Source: Promethearchaeota archaeon (lineage in GTDB: Archaea > Asgardarchaeota > Lokiarchaeia > Sigyniarchaeales > SOKP01). Taken from it: a stretch of DNA of 30,513 bases. A program made the translations under genes and the position numbers. The DNA is taken from NCBI GenBank assembly GCA_048939995.1, contig JBHLOY010000019.1:1-30513 (forward strand). Direction: 5' to 3'. Below, one piece after another: positions 9,494 through 17,291 of this stretch. The first letter of the stretch is position 1. Every line of letters begins with the position of its first letter. Under the pieces are notes generated by a model. It was not told where the DNA came from. It saw nothing but the letters and a program-made list of their open reading frames with translations, and did not search any database.

Positions 9494-9949
9494 TTAACAA
9501 TAACTTAAATAAGGTTTCACTTTTTTTTTCCCTTTTGGATCTAAAACTGCTTCCAAAATTCTTTTGGCTAACTCCTTCTTCTTCTTATAATAGATTTGCA
9601 TTCTCTCTTCCTTGGATTTATCAGGATATCTTACTTTTAAAGCAGGATCTCTCCTTTCACAGCCTCCTCTCCGCATGCAACAATAAGATAGCGATCCAAA
9701 ACATACCAAATTAGAATCCCAATTGTTTTCTTTTGAAAAATTTTCTTTTATATTGATAAATTCTTGTGAGGACATCCCTATTTCTTGAAGGATTTTATCT
9801 CTTTTACACTTGAATTCAAATGTTAATGAATGTCCTGGTTTGCAACAAAAAGTTAATCCTCGGTAATCTGCTCCCATACATATATGAATAGGAGCATTCT
9901 TTTCCCAGCCTGGAATGTCTCTAAGTTTTTCGGAATCTAATTTCCCCAT
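9494..9949 (-). CDS. Methanogenesis marker 9 domain-like Cys-rich protein
   Basis: W..APIHICMGADYRGLTFCC and CFGSLSYCC...C..RD.AL...KKELAKRIL match the recalled consensus (APSHxCRGGDxRGLAFCC / TCFGSLxWCC...CxxRD). Confidence 0.8.
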   Translation of the reverse strand: MGKLDSEKLRDIPGWEKNAPIHICMGADYRGLTFCCKPGHSLTFEFKCKRDKILQEIGMSSQEFINIKENFSKENNWDSNLVCFGSLSYCCMRRGGCERRDPALKVRYPDKSKEERMQIYYKKKKELAKRILEAVLDPKGKKKVKPYLSYC

Positions 9950-10090
9950 AATTTAGATAAAAAATGATCGATTATAATAGAAAATAATTAAAGAGTTTTT
10001 AATCTTCCATTTTATAATTATTTACAAAAATTTAATAAAGAAAATCTTCATAAAACTAAGAAGGGCTCGGTGGGGGAATCGAACCCCCGT

Positions 10091-10121
10091 TTCCTCGAAA
10101 GGAGAGAAAGTCTCTCAATCT
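10091..10121 (-). other. tRNA intron 3 (variable loop, 45/46), 31 nt
   Basis: Central helix CCTT/GAGG, bulges AG|A and AA|A, inner helix GA/TC plus a GAGAGA/TCTCTC hairpin. Excision leaves a 4-nt variable loop AGAC. Confidence 0.8.
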
Positions 10122-10134
10122 CTAAGGATTCACA

Positions 10135-10165
10135 CTAGGGAGTCTAGAGATCTTTTTCAAGATTT
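10135..10165 (-). other. tRNA intron 2 (anticodon loop, 32/33), 31 nt
   Basis: Central helix GGGG/CCCT, bulges AC|A and AG|T, inner helix AATCT/AGACT (one mismatch). Confidence 0.8.
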
Positions 10166-10182
10166 GTCCCCAATACTAACCA

Positions 10183-10212
10183 TTTTATAAATTTTCTGAA
10201 CTAGAAAATTTA
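10183..10212 (-). other. tRNA intron 1 (D-loop, 15/16), 30 nt
   Basis: Central helix GTAT/ATAA (one G.A mismatch), bulges AG|T and AA|T, inner helix AAATTTTCT/AGAAAATTT. Confidence 0.8.
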
Positions 10213-10252
10213 CTATACAAACCGAGCCATGGAATTTAAATAATATTTCAAT

Positions 10253-10267
10253 AGTATTAATTTTTCT
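10253..10267 (-). promoter_or_regulatory. Candidate BRE/TATA promoter of tRNA-His
   Basis: On the minus strand, AGAAAAA-TTAATACT has its TATA-like element ~25-32 nt upstream of G-1. The AT-rich background limits specificity. Confidence 0.35.
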
Positions 10268-10307
10268 TTCTAAAAAAAATTTAGTTTTTACCTATCCTTG
10301 CCATTCT

Positions 10308-10892
10308 TTAGATTTTAATATGTTTATGATTTTTTATTACACTCATTATGTAATTTATAAATTTTTCAATGGCATCATTAAGCTGTCCTGTGTTATTTAT
10401 AGAATAATCTGCTTCAGGATAATGTTGATTATTTTTTGCTCTTTCAATCCTTTCATTCAGTCTTTTTCCACTCTCTCTAGCTCGTTCTCTTAGGCGTTTT
10501 AATGTGATTTCAAATGGAACTTCTATAAATATAACTTTAATGTTTTCATATATTTCTCTTGTTTTAGGAACTATTTTCCTACTAACATTAATCGCTACAG
10601 GATGACCCTTTCTTAGTAAATCATCAATTTCAATAGGAACTCCATAATCTAATCCATATATATGCCACTCAATAGCAAATTTTCCTTCTTGGGATAAAAA
10701 TTTAAATTCCTCAGGTGAAACTGAAATATTATTTTCTGTTTCTGAGGGTGGGCGTGTTATATATCTCTTGGGAGCATATAATCTTTTAATTTGAGAGGGG
10801 TAACTTTCAAGAGCTCCTTGTATAATGGAATCTTTGCCAGAACCAGAATTACCGACTACTAAGAATAGAGTACCTTTATACTTTTTTATCAT
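10308..10892 (-). CDS. phnN: Ribose 1,5-bisphosphate phosphokinase PhnN-like (guanylate-kinase fold)
   Basis: Motifs VVGNSGSGKDS, RYITRP, FAIEWHIYGLDYGVP, INVSR and RLRERARES are PhnN-type rather than Gmk-type. Confidence 0.8.
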   Translation of the reverse strand: MIKKYKGTLFLVVGNSGSGKDSIIQGALESYPSQIKRLYAPKRYITRPPSETENNISVSPEEFKFLSQEGKFAIEWHIYGLDYGVPIEIDDLLRKGHPVAINVSRKIVPKTREIYENIKVIFIEVPFEITLKRLRERARESGKRLNERIERAKNNQHYPEADYSINNTGQLNDAIEKFINYIMSVIKNHKHIKI

Positions 10893-11002
10893 AATCTATC
10901 TTTTATTTGAATTTATTCTATCTTAATTAGAAAAAATAAAAAGAGTTTTATTAATAATTATTGATATTATACCTAGTAAAAAATTTAAGATCCTCCTTTA
11001 TT

Positions 11003-11422
11003 ATGAAAGATAGCAATCAAATTGAGGACTCAGATATATTAGACGTTAGAGAAAGTTTCCAGAGATATTTAGATGTTATTTTTCAAATCTCGAAGAAAAA
11101 GAAAGGGGGGTGGGTATCAAATAAAGAAATTGCTAAAACACTTAAAGTTGAACCAGCTTCAGTATCTGGCATGCTTGAAAAATTAAAAAGCAAAGGTTAT
11201 ATTAAATGGGAACCTCGAAAAGCTATAAGACTTACTGAAGAAGGAAAAAAAATTGCGATTCAATTGGATGAAATCCATGAATTACTTAGAATTTTTTTTA
11301 GGAACGTTTTAAAAATTGAGGATGATAGGGTAATTGAATCTATAACCCATGAGATTGAACATCATATAACACAAGATATAAAAGAGTCTTTAAGCAAATT
11401 TCTTTCTAATTATAGCCAATAA
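11003..11422 (+). CDS. DtxR/MntR family metal-dependent transcriptional regulator
   Basis: wHTH IAKTLKVEPASVSGMLEKL, then IRLTEEGKKIA, HELL and EIEHHI. ATG 11003 is preferred over TTG 10961. Confidence 0.88.
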   Translation: MKDSNQIEDSDILDVRESFQRYLDVIFQISKKKKGGWVSNKEIAKTLKVEPASVSGMLEKLKSKGYIKWEPRKAIRLTEEGKKIAIQLDEIHELLRIFFRNVLKIEDDRVIESITHEIEHHITQDIKESLSKFLSNYSQ

Positions 11423-11481
11423 ACTTAATTAATATTATTCCTTCAAAGTTGTATAATATTAAAATTCTTATTTGAATTAAA

Positions 11482-12234
11482 ATGACTGAGAAACTTAAAG
11501 AGAATATTGAAATTGTTTCGAAATATTTCCAAAATTTCACTAATTTTATTGAGGTTGAGGATTTTAGATCTTTCCTTCTATTTACACTCACTAGTCAAGT
11601 TTCCATGGATTTAATGGCACAACTTGGCTTCGGAGGGAGTAAAGAGATCATTAACTTACCTTATAGTCCCATTCATAAAATATATTTTCAGAAGATCAAT
11701 TTATTTTCTGCTGGTACTATGATAATATATTGTAAAAATGATCCTCTTTCCGATAAATTTCTTCTAGATAAAGATAATGAAATATTCAAAAAATATCTAA
11801 ATTCTAATGAAATTTCTTTAGCGTTTCGTGGTAAAGAAAGATTTTCTCTTCCTTTAATTAGCGATTGTAGTGCTTTAGATAATTCTAAGTTAAATATAAA
11901 AGTTGATGATCTCTTTCATTCAATGGAATCATTTATTTCATACTTACAACCCAATATAGTCTTTGTAATTAATGCCAAAAGCGAATCAGAGCCAGACTTA
12001 GTTTTTACTTTTAACATGATGCCTCAATTACCAGGGAAACTAGACGAAAATGTTCTTAAAATTGATGTTTATTTAGATTACAAATACAAAACAAAGGGTA
12101 TAACATATATAAAGCGAGAGGAAGATCATACAATTAAATTTCTCACAGATATTAAAGAAGTGAGTCATTCAGAATTATACAAATCATCATATTCTTTAGT
12201 TTTACGTGTGAAATCATTCGAAAGACTCTATTGA
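11482..12234 (+). CDS. Hypothetical protein
   Basis: 250-aa ORF with ATG start, co-oriented with neighbours. No recognised motif. Confidence 0.7.
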   Translation: MTEKLKENIEIVSKYFQNFTNFIEVEDFRSFLLFTLTSQVSMDLMAQLGFGGSKEIINLPYSPIHKIYFQKINLFSAGTMIIYCKNDPLSDKFLLDKDNEIFKKYLNSNEISLAFRGKERFSLPLISDCSALDNSKLNIKVDDLFHSMESFISYLQPNIVFVINAKSESEPDLVFTFNMMPQLPGKLDENVLKIDVYLDYKYKTKGITYIKREEDHTIKFLTDIKEVSHSELYKSSYSLVLRVKSFERLY

Positions 12235-12407
12235 ATTAAAAAAATTTTTTAAATTCCCTTTTTCTACTATATTCGTTATAAATTAAACCATTAACACCAT
12301 TAAAGGATTAATAGAAATGATTTATATATAATCCGACAAAATATAATTATTAATTAATCTTATACCACGCAAAAATTCCACTTTTAATAAATTAAGGGTT
12401 GATTATA

Positions 12408-12608
12408 ATGAAGATCATAACAATAAATCTACCAGAAAAATATTTAGCAGCAATACAAACTTTAAACGACTTGGGGGTATACCCATCAAGGAGTGAAGCT
12501 ATTAGAATTGCTTTAAGAGACTTTTTAAAAGATGAGCTAGAAATGTATAACAATTTAGAAGATACATCCTTTAAAATACTCCTTAGAAGCAGTTTAAATA
12601 AGCGGTAA
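12408..12608 (+). CDS. Ribbon-helix-helix (CopG/Arc/MetJ) DNA-binding protein
   Basis: MKIITINLPEKYL...GVYPSRSEAIRIALRDFL is a classic RHH pattern. Confidence 0.9.
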   Translation: MKIITINLPEKYLAAIQTLNDLGVYPSRSEAIRIALRDFLKDELEMYNNLEDTSFKILLRSSLNKR

Positions 12609-12633
12609 AAAAAACTTTTTTATTTTCTATTTT

Positions 12634-13098
12634 TTAATCCATATCTACTAAAAGTCCACATTTATTACATTTCTTTACACCGCGAAAGAGAGAATTGCCG
12701 CATTCTGGGCAAATATATCTCTTCTCTTCTTCCTCTACGAATTTTTCAGTTCCATTTTCTCTCCAAAATGGAATAGTTCGCATCATAACTTCTTTAGCAA
12801 CTGGAACTGGGAAATTATTAATGAATTTGCATGGAAAATCATTGCATTGATAGCAGCCTTTAGTCCCCTTTTCTTCATTACATTTTTTAATGGAACATGC
12901 CCTGCATACAGGAAAAACAACTCCAGAGGATAAACAACCCGTACAAGCTATATCATCAATGCTCTTAGCAAAAGCTCTATATACAGGTAACAAAACATGC
13001 TTAAATTTCTCATTATTATCTCTATAGGCAATATAAATTGAACATACACCACAATATAATCCGCATGGAGCTAAAAGTTCTTCTTTTACTTCCACCAT
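12634..13098 (-). CDS. DUF3795 domain Cys-rich protein with C-terminal zinc ribbon
   Basis: Motifs APCGLYCGVC, CTGC, CRACSIKKC, CYQCNDFPC, CPECG...CNKCG. Confidence 0.85.
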   Translation of the reverse strand: MVEVKEELLAPCGLYCGVCSIYIAYRDNNEKFKHVLLPVYRAFAKSIDDIACTGCLSSGVVFPVCRACSIKKCNEEKGTKGCYQCNDFPCKFINNFPVPVAKEVMMRTIPFWRENGTEKFVEEEEKRYICPECGNSLFRGVKKCNKCGLLVDMD

Positions 13099-13204
13099 TT
13101 TACTTTTTGGTTCTAGATTTTTCTTTTTCTTAAATAGAATTTCTTCTTAATATATAAATAACTTCACATCATTATATGAATTGTGATTACTTTTTGGTGG
13201 GATA

Positions 13205-14257
13205 ATGAAAATAGCAAGATATTATAGCAATGATGATATAAGGCAAGATAATATCCCAAAACCAACTATCGGTCCTGGAGAATTATTAGTAAAAGTAAAA
13301 AAATCAGGAATTTGTGGATCTGATATCTTAGAATATTATAGATTTGCTAAAATGAAAAAGCTGGGAGTTGATAACTTAATTCTTGGTCATGAAATTGCAG
13401 GGGATATTGTTGAAATTGGAGAAGGGGTTAAAAGATTTAAATTAGGAGATCGGGTCTTTGTTTCTCATCATGTACCTTGTTTTGAGTGTCATTATTGCAT
13501 TCAAGGACATCATACAGCATGCAATTTATTACATAATACCAATTTTGATCCTGGTGGTTTTGCGGAATATGTAAGAATACCTAAAATCAATATTGAAAAC
13601 AGAGGAGTATATGTTTTGGATACTTCTGTATCATATGAAGAAGCAGTATTTATCGAACCATTAGGATGCGTTTGTCGTGCACAAAGGCTAGCTAATATAA
13701 AAAAAGGTTTAACAGTTTTAGTATTAGGAGCGGGAGTATCGGGAATTTTACATATTCAGTTAGCTAAGTTGAGGGGGGCTGAAAAAATTTTTGCGACAGA
13801 TCTGAATGAATTTAGATTAAGTATGGCTAAAAAGTTTGGGGCTGATATTGTACTTCATGCTACATATAATGACATTCCATCTAAAATTAAAGAATATAAT
13901 AATCATCGTTTAGCTGATATAGTGATTGTATGTACTGGAGCAGTTTCCGCAGCAAAACAAGCATTAGAATGTATAGCTCCAGGGGGGATTATAATATTTT
14001 TTGCTGTACCAGAACCAGATGTGAAATTAGAAATTCCTATCAATGAATATTGGAGAAATGAGATTACTATTATGACCTCTTATGGAGCCGCGCCTGATGA
14101 TCTGCAAGAAGCCTATACTTGGATTTTAGCAAAGAGAATAAACGTAGAAGATTTAATTACTCACAGATTTCCTTTAAATAAAGCTAATGAAGCTTTTAAA
14201 GTAGTCTGTGAAGCACAAAATTCCTTAAAAGTTATATTAGAACCAGAAGAAAAGTGA
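13205..14257 (+). CDS. Zinc-dependent MDR alcohol/polyol dehydrogenase (L-iditol/threonine dehydrogenase-like)
   Basis: Motifs GICGSD, GHEIAG, CFECHYC...C, EPLGC, GAGVSG. Confidence 0.92.
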   Translation: MKIARYYSNDDIRQDNIPKPTIGPGELLVKVKKSGICGSDILEYYRFAKMKKLGVDNLILGHEIAGDIVEIGEGVKRFKLGDRVFVSHHVPCFECHYCIQGHHTACNLLHNTNFDPGGFAEYVRIPKINIENRGVYVLDTSVSYEEAVFIEPLGCVCRAQRLANIKKGLTVLVLGAGVSGILHIQLAKLRGAEKIFATDLNEFRLSMAKKFGADIVLHATYNDIPSKIKEYNNHRLADIVIVCTGAVSAAKQALECIAPGGIIIFFAVPEPDVKLEIPINEYWRNEITIMTSYGAAPDDLQEAYTWILAKRINVEDLITHRFPLNKANEAFKVVCEAQNSLKVILEPEEK

Positions 14258-14296
14258 AAAAACCCTAATCTTTTTTTACTCAAAATCCTCTTCATT

Positions 14297-15757
14297 TCAA
14301 ACATTTTCAGGATTCCAAAAGGATTTGACGCCATGAAAATTTTCGAAATTATTCACATTATGCAATATGATTTTTAGTGCGGATGTTACCCTATAAGAAC
14401 TTGAAACAGTTCTTAAAAAGGTTTTAAAGATATACTTAGGATTTCCAAAAAATTTTTTGAGCATTTTTAAAATTAAATTCGAAATTATTTCAGTTGGAAC
14501 TCCGTTAGAATCTATATCTGAAATATGAACACCCTCTTCCCAATATTTTTCCTCATCAAGAATATTTTTACTTACCAAATCATCCCATATATCTGTTCCA
14601 GGCATAGTTCCTAATAGGTTAAAAAGTGGAAAATCTATATCCAATTTTTGAGCAAACTTTAATGTGTTGTATATCTCTCTAAATGTCTCACTCGGAGCCC
14701 CAACTATAAATGAACTCAAAAGAAATGGAATTTTAGCCTTTCTTGCTTTCTTTATTGCTAAAATTGACTGCTCAGGTGTAATTCCTTTATTATAATAATC
14801 AAGGATTCTTTGGTTTGCACTCTCCACCCCATAACATAATATTCTAAAATTAGCACGTTGCATCTCTTTTAACATCTGATCAGATACTTGATTCACTCTC
14901 CCTTCGCAAATCCAATTCATATCGATCTTATTTTTCCGTATTAACTGACAAAGTTTAATTACTCTTTTCTTCGAAAGAGTGAAATTATCATCAACAAAAT
15001 TAACATAGGAAAAACCTTCACTCTCTAAATAAAGGATTTCTTCTAGTATATTCTTTACTGAGCGAGTTCTGAACCCGGAAGTTCTACTTCCATAACAGAA
15101 GCTACATTGATAAGGACATCCCCTAGAGGAGACCATGGATGTAAATCCTTCTGGAGCGAATTCAAGATTAGCATAAGTACCTTTATAATTAAAATTAAGT
15201 GATTTTCTATCGGGAAATGGTAAAACATCGAGATCTTTAATTAGTTCTCGTTTTTCATTTCGAACTATTTTTCCGTTGCTTCTATATGTTATACCTTTTA
15301 CATTTTTTAACGAGTTATCTTTCTCAAGTGTCTTTACAAGTTCTAAAAAAGTATACTCACCCTCGTCCCTAACGCAAATATCAACAAAAGGATATTTATT
15401 TAAAATCTTGTAGTCATTTACTGTTGCATGACGATTCCCAAAGACAATTTTTATATTAGGATTCCATTCTTTTACTTCTCTGGAAGTTTTAGCAGCACTA
15501 ATTCCTGAACCAGAAGCAGTTAAAGTTGAAAATCCTAGGACATCTGGGTCCTTCTTTTCAATCCATTTAATAATCTCTTGTAGATTTAACCCCCTAGCTG
15601 CTTGGTCAATTATCTCCACTTCATAATTTTCATTCTTCAAAACTGCACTTACATAACACATCCCTAATGGAGGATAGATATGATCTGCATTTGCGAGTTG
15701 TCTTCCCTTTTTAATTACCAATCCCGGTCCCGGGTTAATTAAAGCGACTTTAAACAT
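14297..15757 (-). CDS. B12-binding radical SAM protein, paralog 1 (486 aa from MFKVALINPG)
   Basis: N-terminal cobalamin-binding domain (PPLGMCYVSA, DEGEYT), SRGCPYQCSFC, FVDDNFT, GVESANQRILD. An alternative ATG lies at 15766. Confidence 0.92.
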   Translation of the reverse strand: MFKVALINPGPGLVIKKGRQLANADHIYPPLGMCYVSAVLKNENYEVEIIDQAARGLNLQEIIKWIEKKDPDVLGFSTLTASGSGISAAKTSREVKEWNPNIKIVFGNRHATVNDYKILNKYPFVDICVRDEGEYTFLELVKTLEKDNSLKNVKGITYRSNGKIVRNEKRELIKDLDVLPFPDRKSLNFNYKGTYANLEFAPEGFTSMVSSRGCPYQCSFCYGSRTSGFRTRSVKNILEEILYLESEGFSYVNFVDDNFTLSKKRVIKLCQLIRKNKIDMNWICEGRVNQVSDQMLKEMQRANFRILCYGVESANQRILDYYNKGITPEQSILAIKKARKAKIPFLLSSFIVGAPSETFREIYNTLKFAQKLDIDFPLFNLLGTMPGTDIWDDLVSKNILDEEKYWEEGVHISDIDSNGVPTEIISNLILKMLKKFFGNPKYIFKTFLRTVSSSYRVTSALKIILHNVNNFENFHGVKSFWNPENV

Positions 15758-15791
15758 CCACACCATTTAAATTGTAATTTTCAACTACCTG

Positions 15792-17252
15792 TTAAACTTG
15801 TTCAGGATTCCAAAAGGATCTGACACCATGGAAATTCTCAAAATTACTAATATTAGTTGTTAAAATGTTCATGAATTTTAAGGCACGATATGAGCTCCTG
15901 GTTGTTCTTAGGAGCGCTTTAAATAAATACTTAGGATTTGCAAAAAACTGCTTTAGCATTTTAAGTATTAAATTGGATATGACTTTTGTTGGAACGCCAT
16001 TAGGATCTATATCTGAAACTCGGACACCCTCCTCCCAGTATATTTTTTCATCCAAAAACTTTCTTTGTACCATGTCATCCCACACATCAGTCCCAGGAGT
16101 AATACCAAGAATATTGAAGAGTGGGAAGTCTAAATCCAATTTTTGAGCAAACTTTAAAGTGTTATATATCTCATTAAGATTTTCACTTGGTCCCCCTACT
16201 ATAAAGGAACCCACAATAAAAGGAATTTTTGCGTTCCTGGCTTTTCTTACAGCTAATAATGATTGGTCGGGGGTTATATTTTTCTTATAATAATCAAGAA
16301 ATCTCTGATTTGCACTTTCTATTCCAAACATAAGAAGCCTACAATTACTACGTCTCATTTCCCTTAGCATTTCATTAGATACTTGATTAACCCTTCCCTC
16401 ACAAAACCAGTTCATATCAATCTTATTTTTGCGCATTAACTGACATAATTTAATGATTCTCTTTTTTGAAAATGTGAAGTTATCATCTGTAAATATTAAA
16501 GATTTATATCCCTCACTGTCTAAATAGAGAATTTCTTCCATAACATTCTTAATCGATCGAAATCTGAACCCAACTCGCCTTCTTCCATAGCAAAATGTGC
16601 ATTGATAAGGACATCCACGAGAAGAGATGATCATTGCAAATTTTTCAGGACCTAAATCTAAATTCCCATAGCTTCCTTTATAATTAAAATTCAGTGATTT
16701 TCTATCGGGAAATGGTAAAAGATCGAGATTATTAATTAATTCTCGTTTTTCATTTCGAACTATTTTTCCATTACTTCTATATGTTATGCCTTTAATATTT
16801 TTTAAGGAGTCTTTCTTCTCTATTGTTCTTATAAGTTCCAAAAAAGTGTTTTCTCCCTCATCTCTAACACATATATCAATGCAAGGATATTTATTTAAAA
16901 TGTTATAATCATTTACCGTTGCGTGACGGTTTCCAAAAACAATATATACATCCGGATTCCAATTTTTAATTTCTTTTGAAGTTAATGCAGCATTAATTCC
17001 CGAACCAGATACTGTCAGAGTAGAAAAACCTATAATATCTGGATCTACTTTTTTTACCCACCTAATAATATCTTGTAGGCTTAAGCCCATTGCTGCTTGA
17101 TCAATCAACTCAACGTTAAAATTAAATTTCTTTAAAATTGCACTTATATAACAGATACCCAAAGGTGGATAACCACGATCTGCATTTGCTAGAATTCTAC
17201 CCTTCTGTAAATTCTCTCCTGGTCCTGGATTAATTAAAGCAATCTTAATTAT
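15792..17252 (-). CDS. B12-binding radical SAM protein, paralog 2 (probable ATA/ATT start)
   Basis: Homology to paralog 1 continues upstream of the ORF-track start (17162) through KIALINPGPG. The codon aligned with paralog 1's ATG is ATA (17250-17252). SRGCPYQCTFC present. Confidence 0.85.
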   Translation of the reverse strand: MIKIALINPGPGENLQKGRILANADRGYPPLGICYISAILKKFNFNVELIDQAAMGLSLQDIIRWVKKVDPDIIGFSTLTVSGSGINAALTSKEIKNWNPDVYIVFGNRHATVNDYNILNKYPCIDICVRDEGENTFLELIRTIEKKDSLKNIKGITYRSNGKIVRNEKRELINNLDLLPFPDRKSLNFNYKGSYGNLDLGPEKFAMIISSRGCPYQCTFCYGRRRVGFRFRSIKNVMEEILYLDSEGYKSLIFTDDNFTFSKKRIIKLCQLMRKNKIDMNWFCEGRVNQVSNEMLREMRRSNCRLLMFGIESANQRFLDYYKKNITPDQSLLAVRKARNAKIPFIVGSFIVGGPSENLNEIYNTLKFAQKLDLDFPLFNILGITPGTDVWDDMVQRKFLDEKIYWEEGVRVSDIDPNGVPTKVISNLILKMLKQFFANPKYLFKALLRTTRSSYRALKFMNILTTNISNFENFHGVRSFWNPEQV

Positions 17253-17291
17253 TAACCACTTGTTTTCTTTCTGTAAAACTTTGTGTTCTTC

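Larger units (their letters stand above)
10064..10228 (-). tRNA. trnH: tRNA-His(GUG) with three non-canonical introns (15/16, 32/33, 45/46), G-1 encoded, CCA not encoded
   Basis: Removing 10183-10212, 10135-10165 and 10091-10121 gives G GCTCGGT TT GTAT AGTGGTTA GTAT T GGGGA CT-GTG-AA TCCTT AGAC GGGGG TTCGATT CCCCC ACCGAGC C (73 nt). All four stems pair, and the G-1:C73 His identity pair is present. Confidence 0.9.

Noticed and set aside
10064-10228. Alternative identities for the tRNA-like element (tRNA-Sec, tmRNA, tRNA-Glu via CTTTCGA, tRNA-Gly via CTCCC)
   Set aside because: There is no 9/4 fold or UCA anticodon loop, and no G3:U70 pair or tag ORF. The Glu- and Gly-like triplets lie inside BHB-defined introns and give no valid cloverleaf. 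His fits both the anticodon and G-1:C73.
9950-10307. tRNA as an integration site of a mobile element
   Set aside because: No duplicated tRNA 3' end, integrase or transposase was seen in the window.
10308-10892. Guanylate kinase call
   Set aside because: It lacks the TTRxxRxGExxGxxY GMP-binding signature and has PhnN-type ITRP, W..xGLxYG and NVSR motifs instead.
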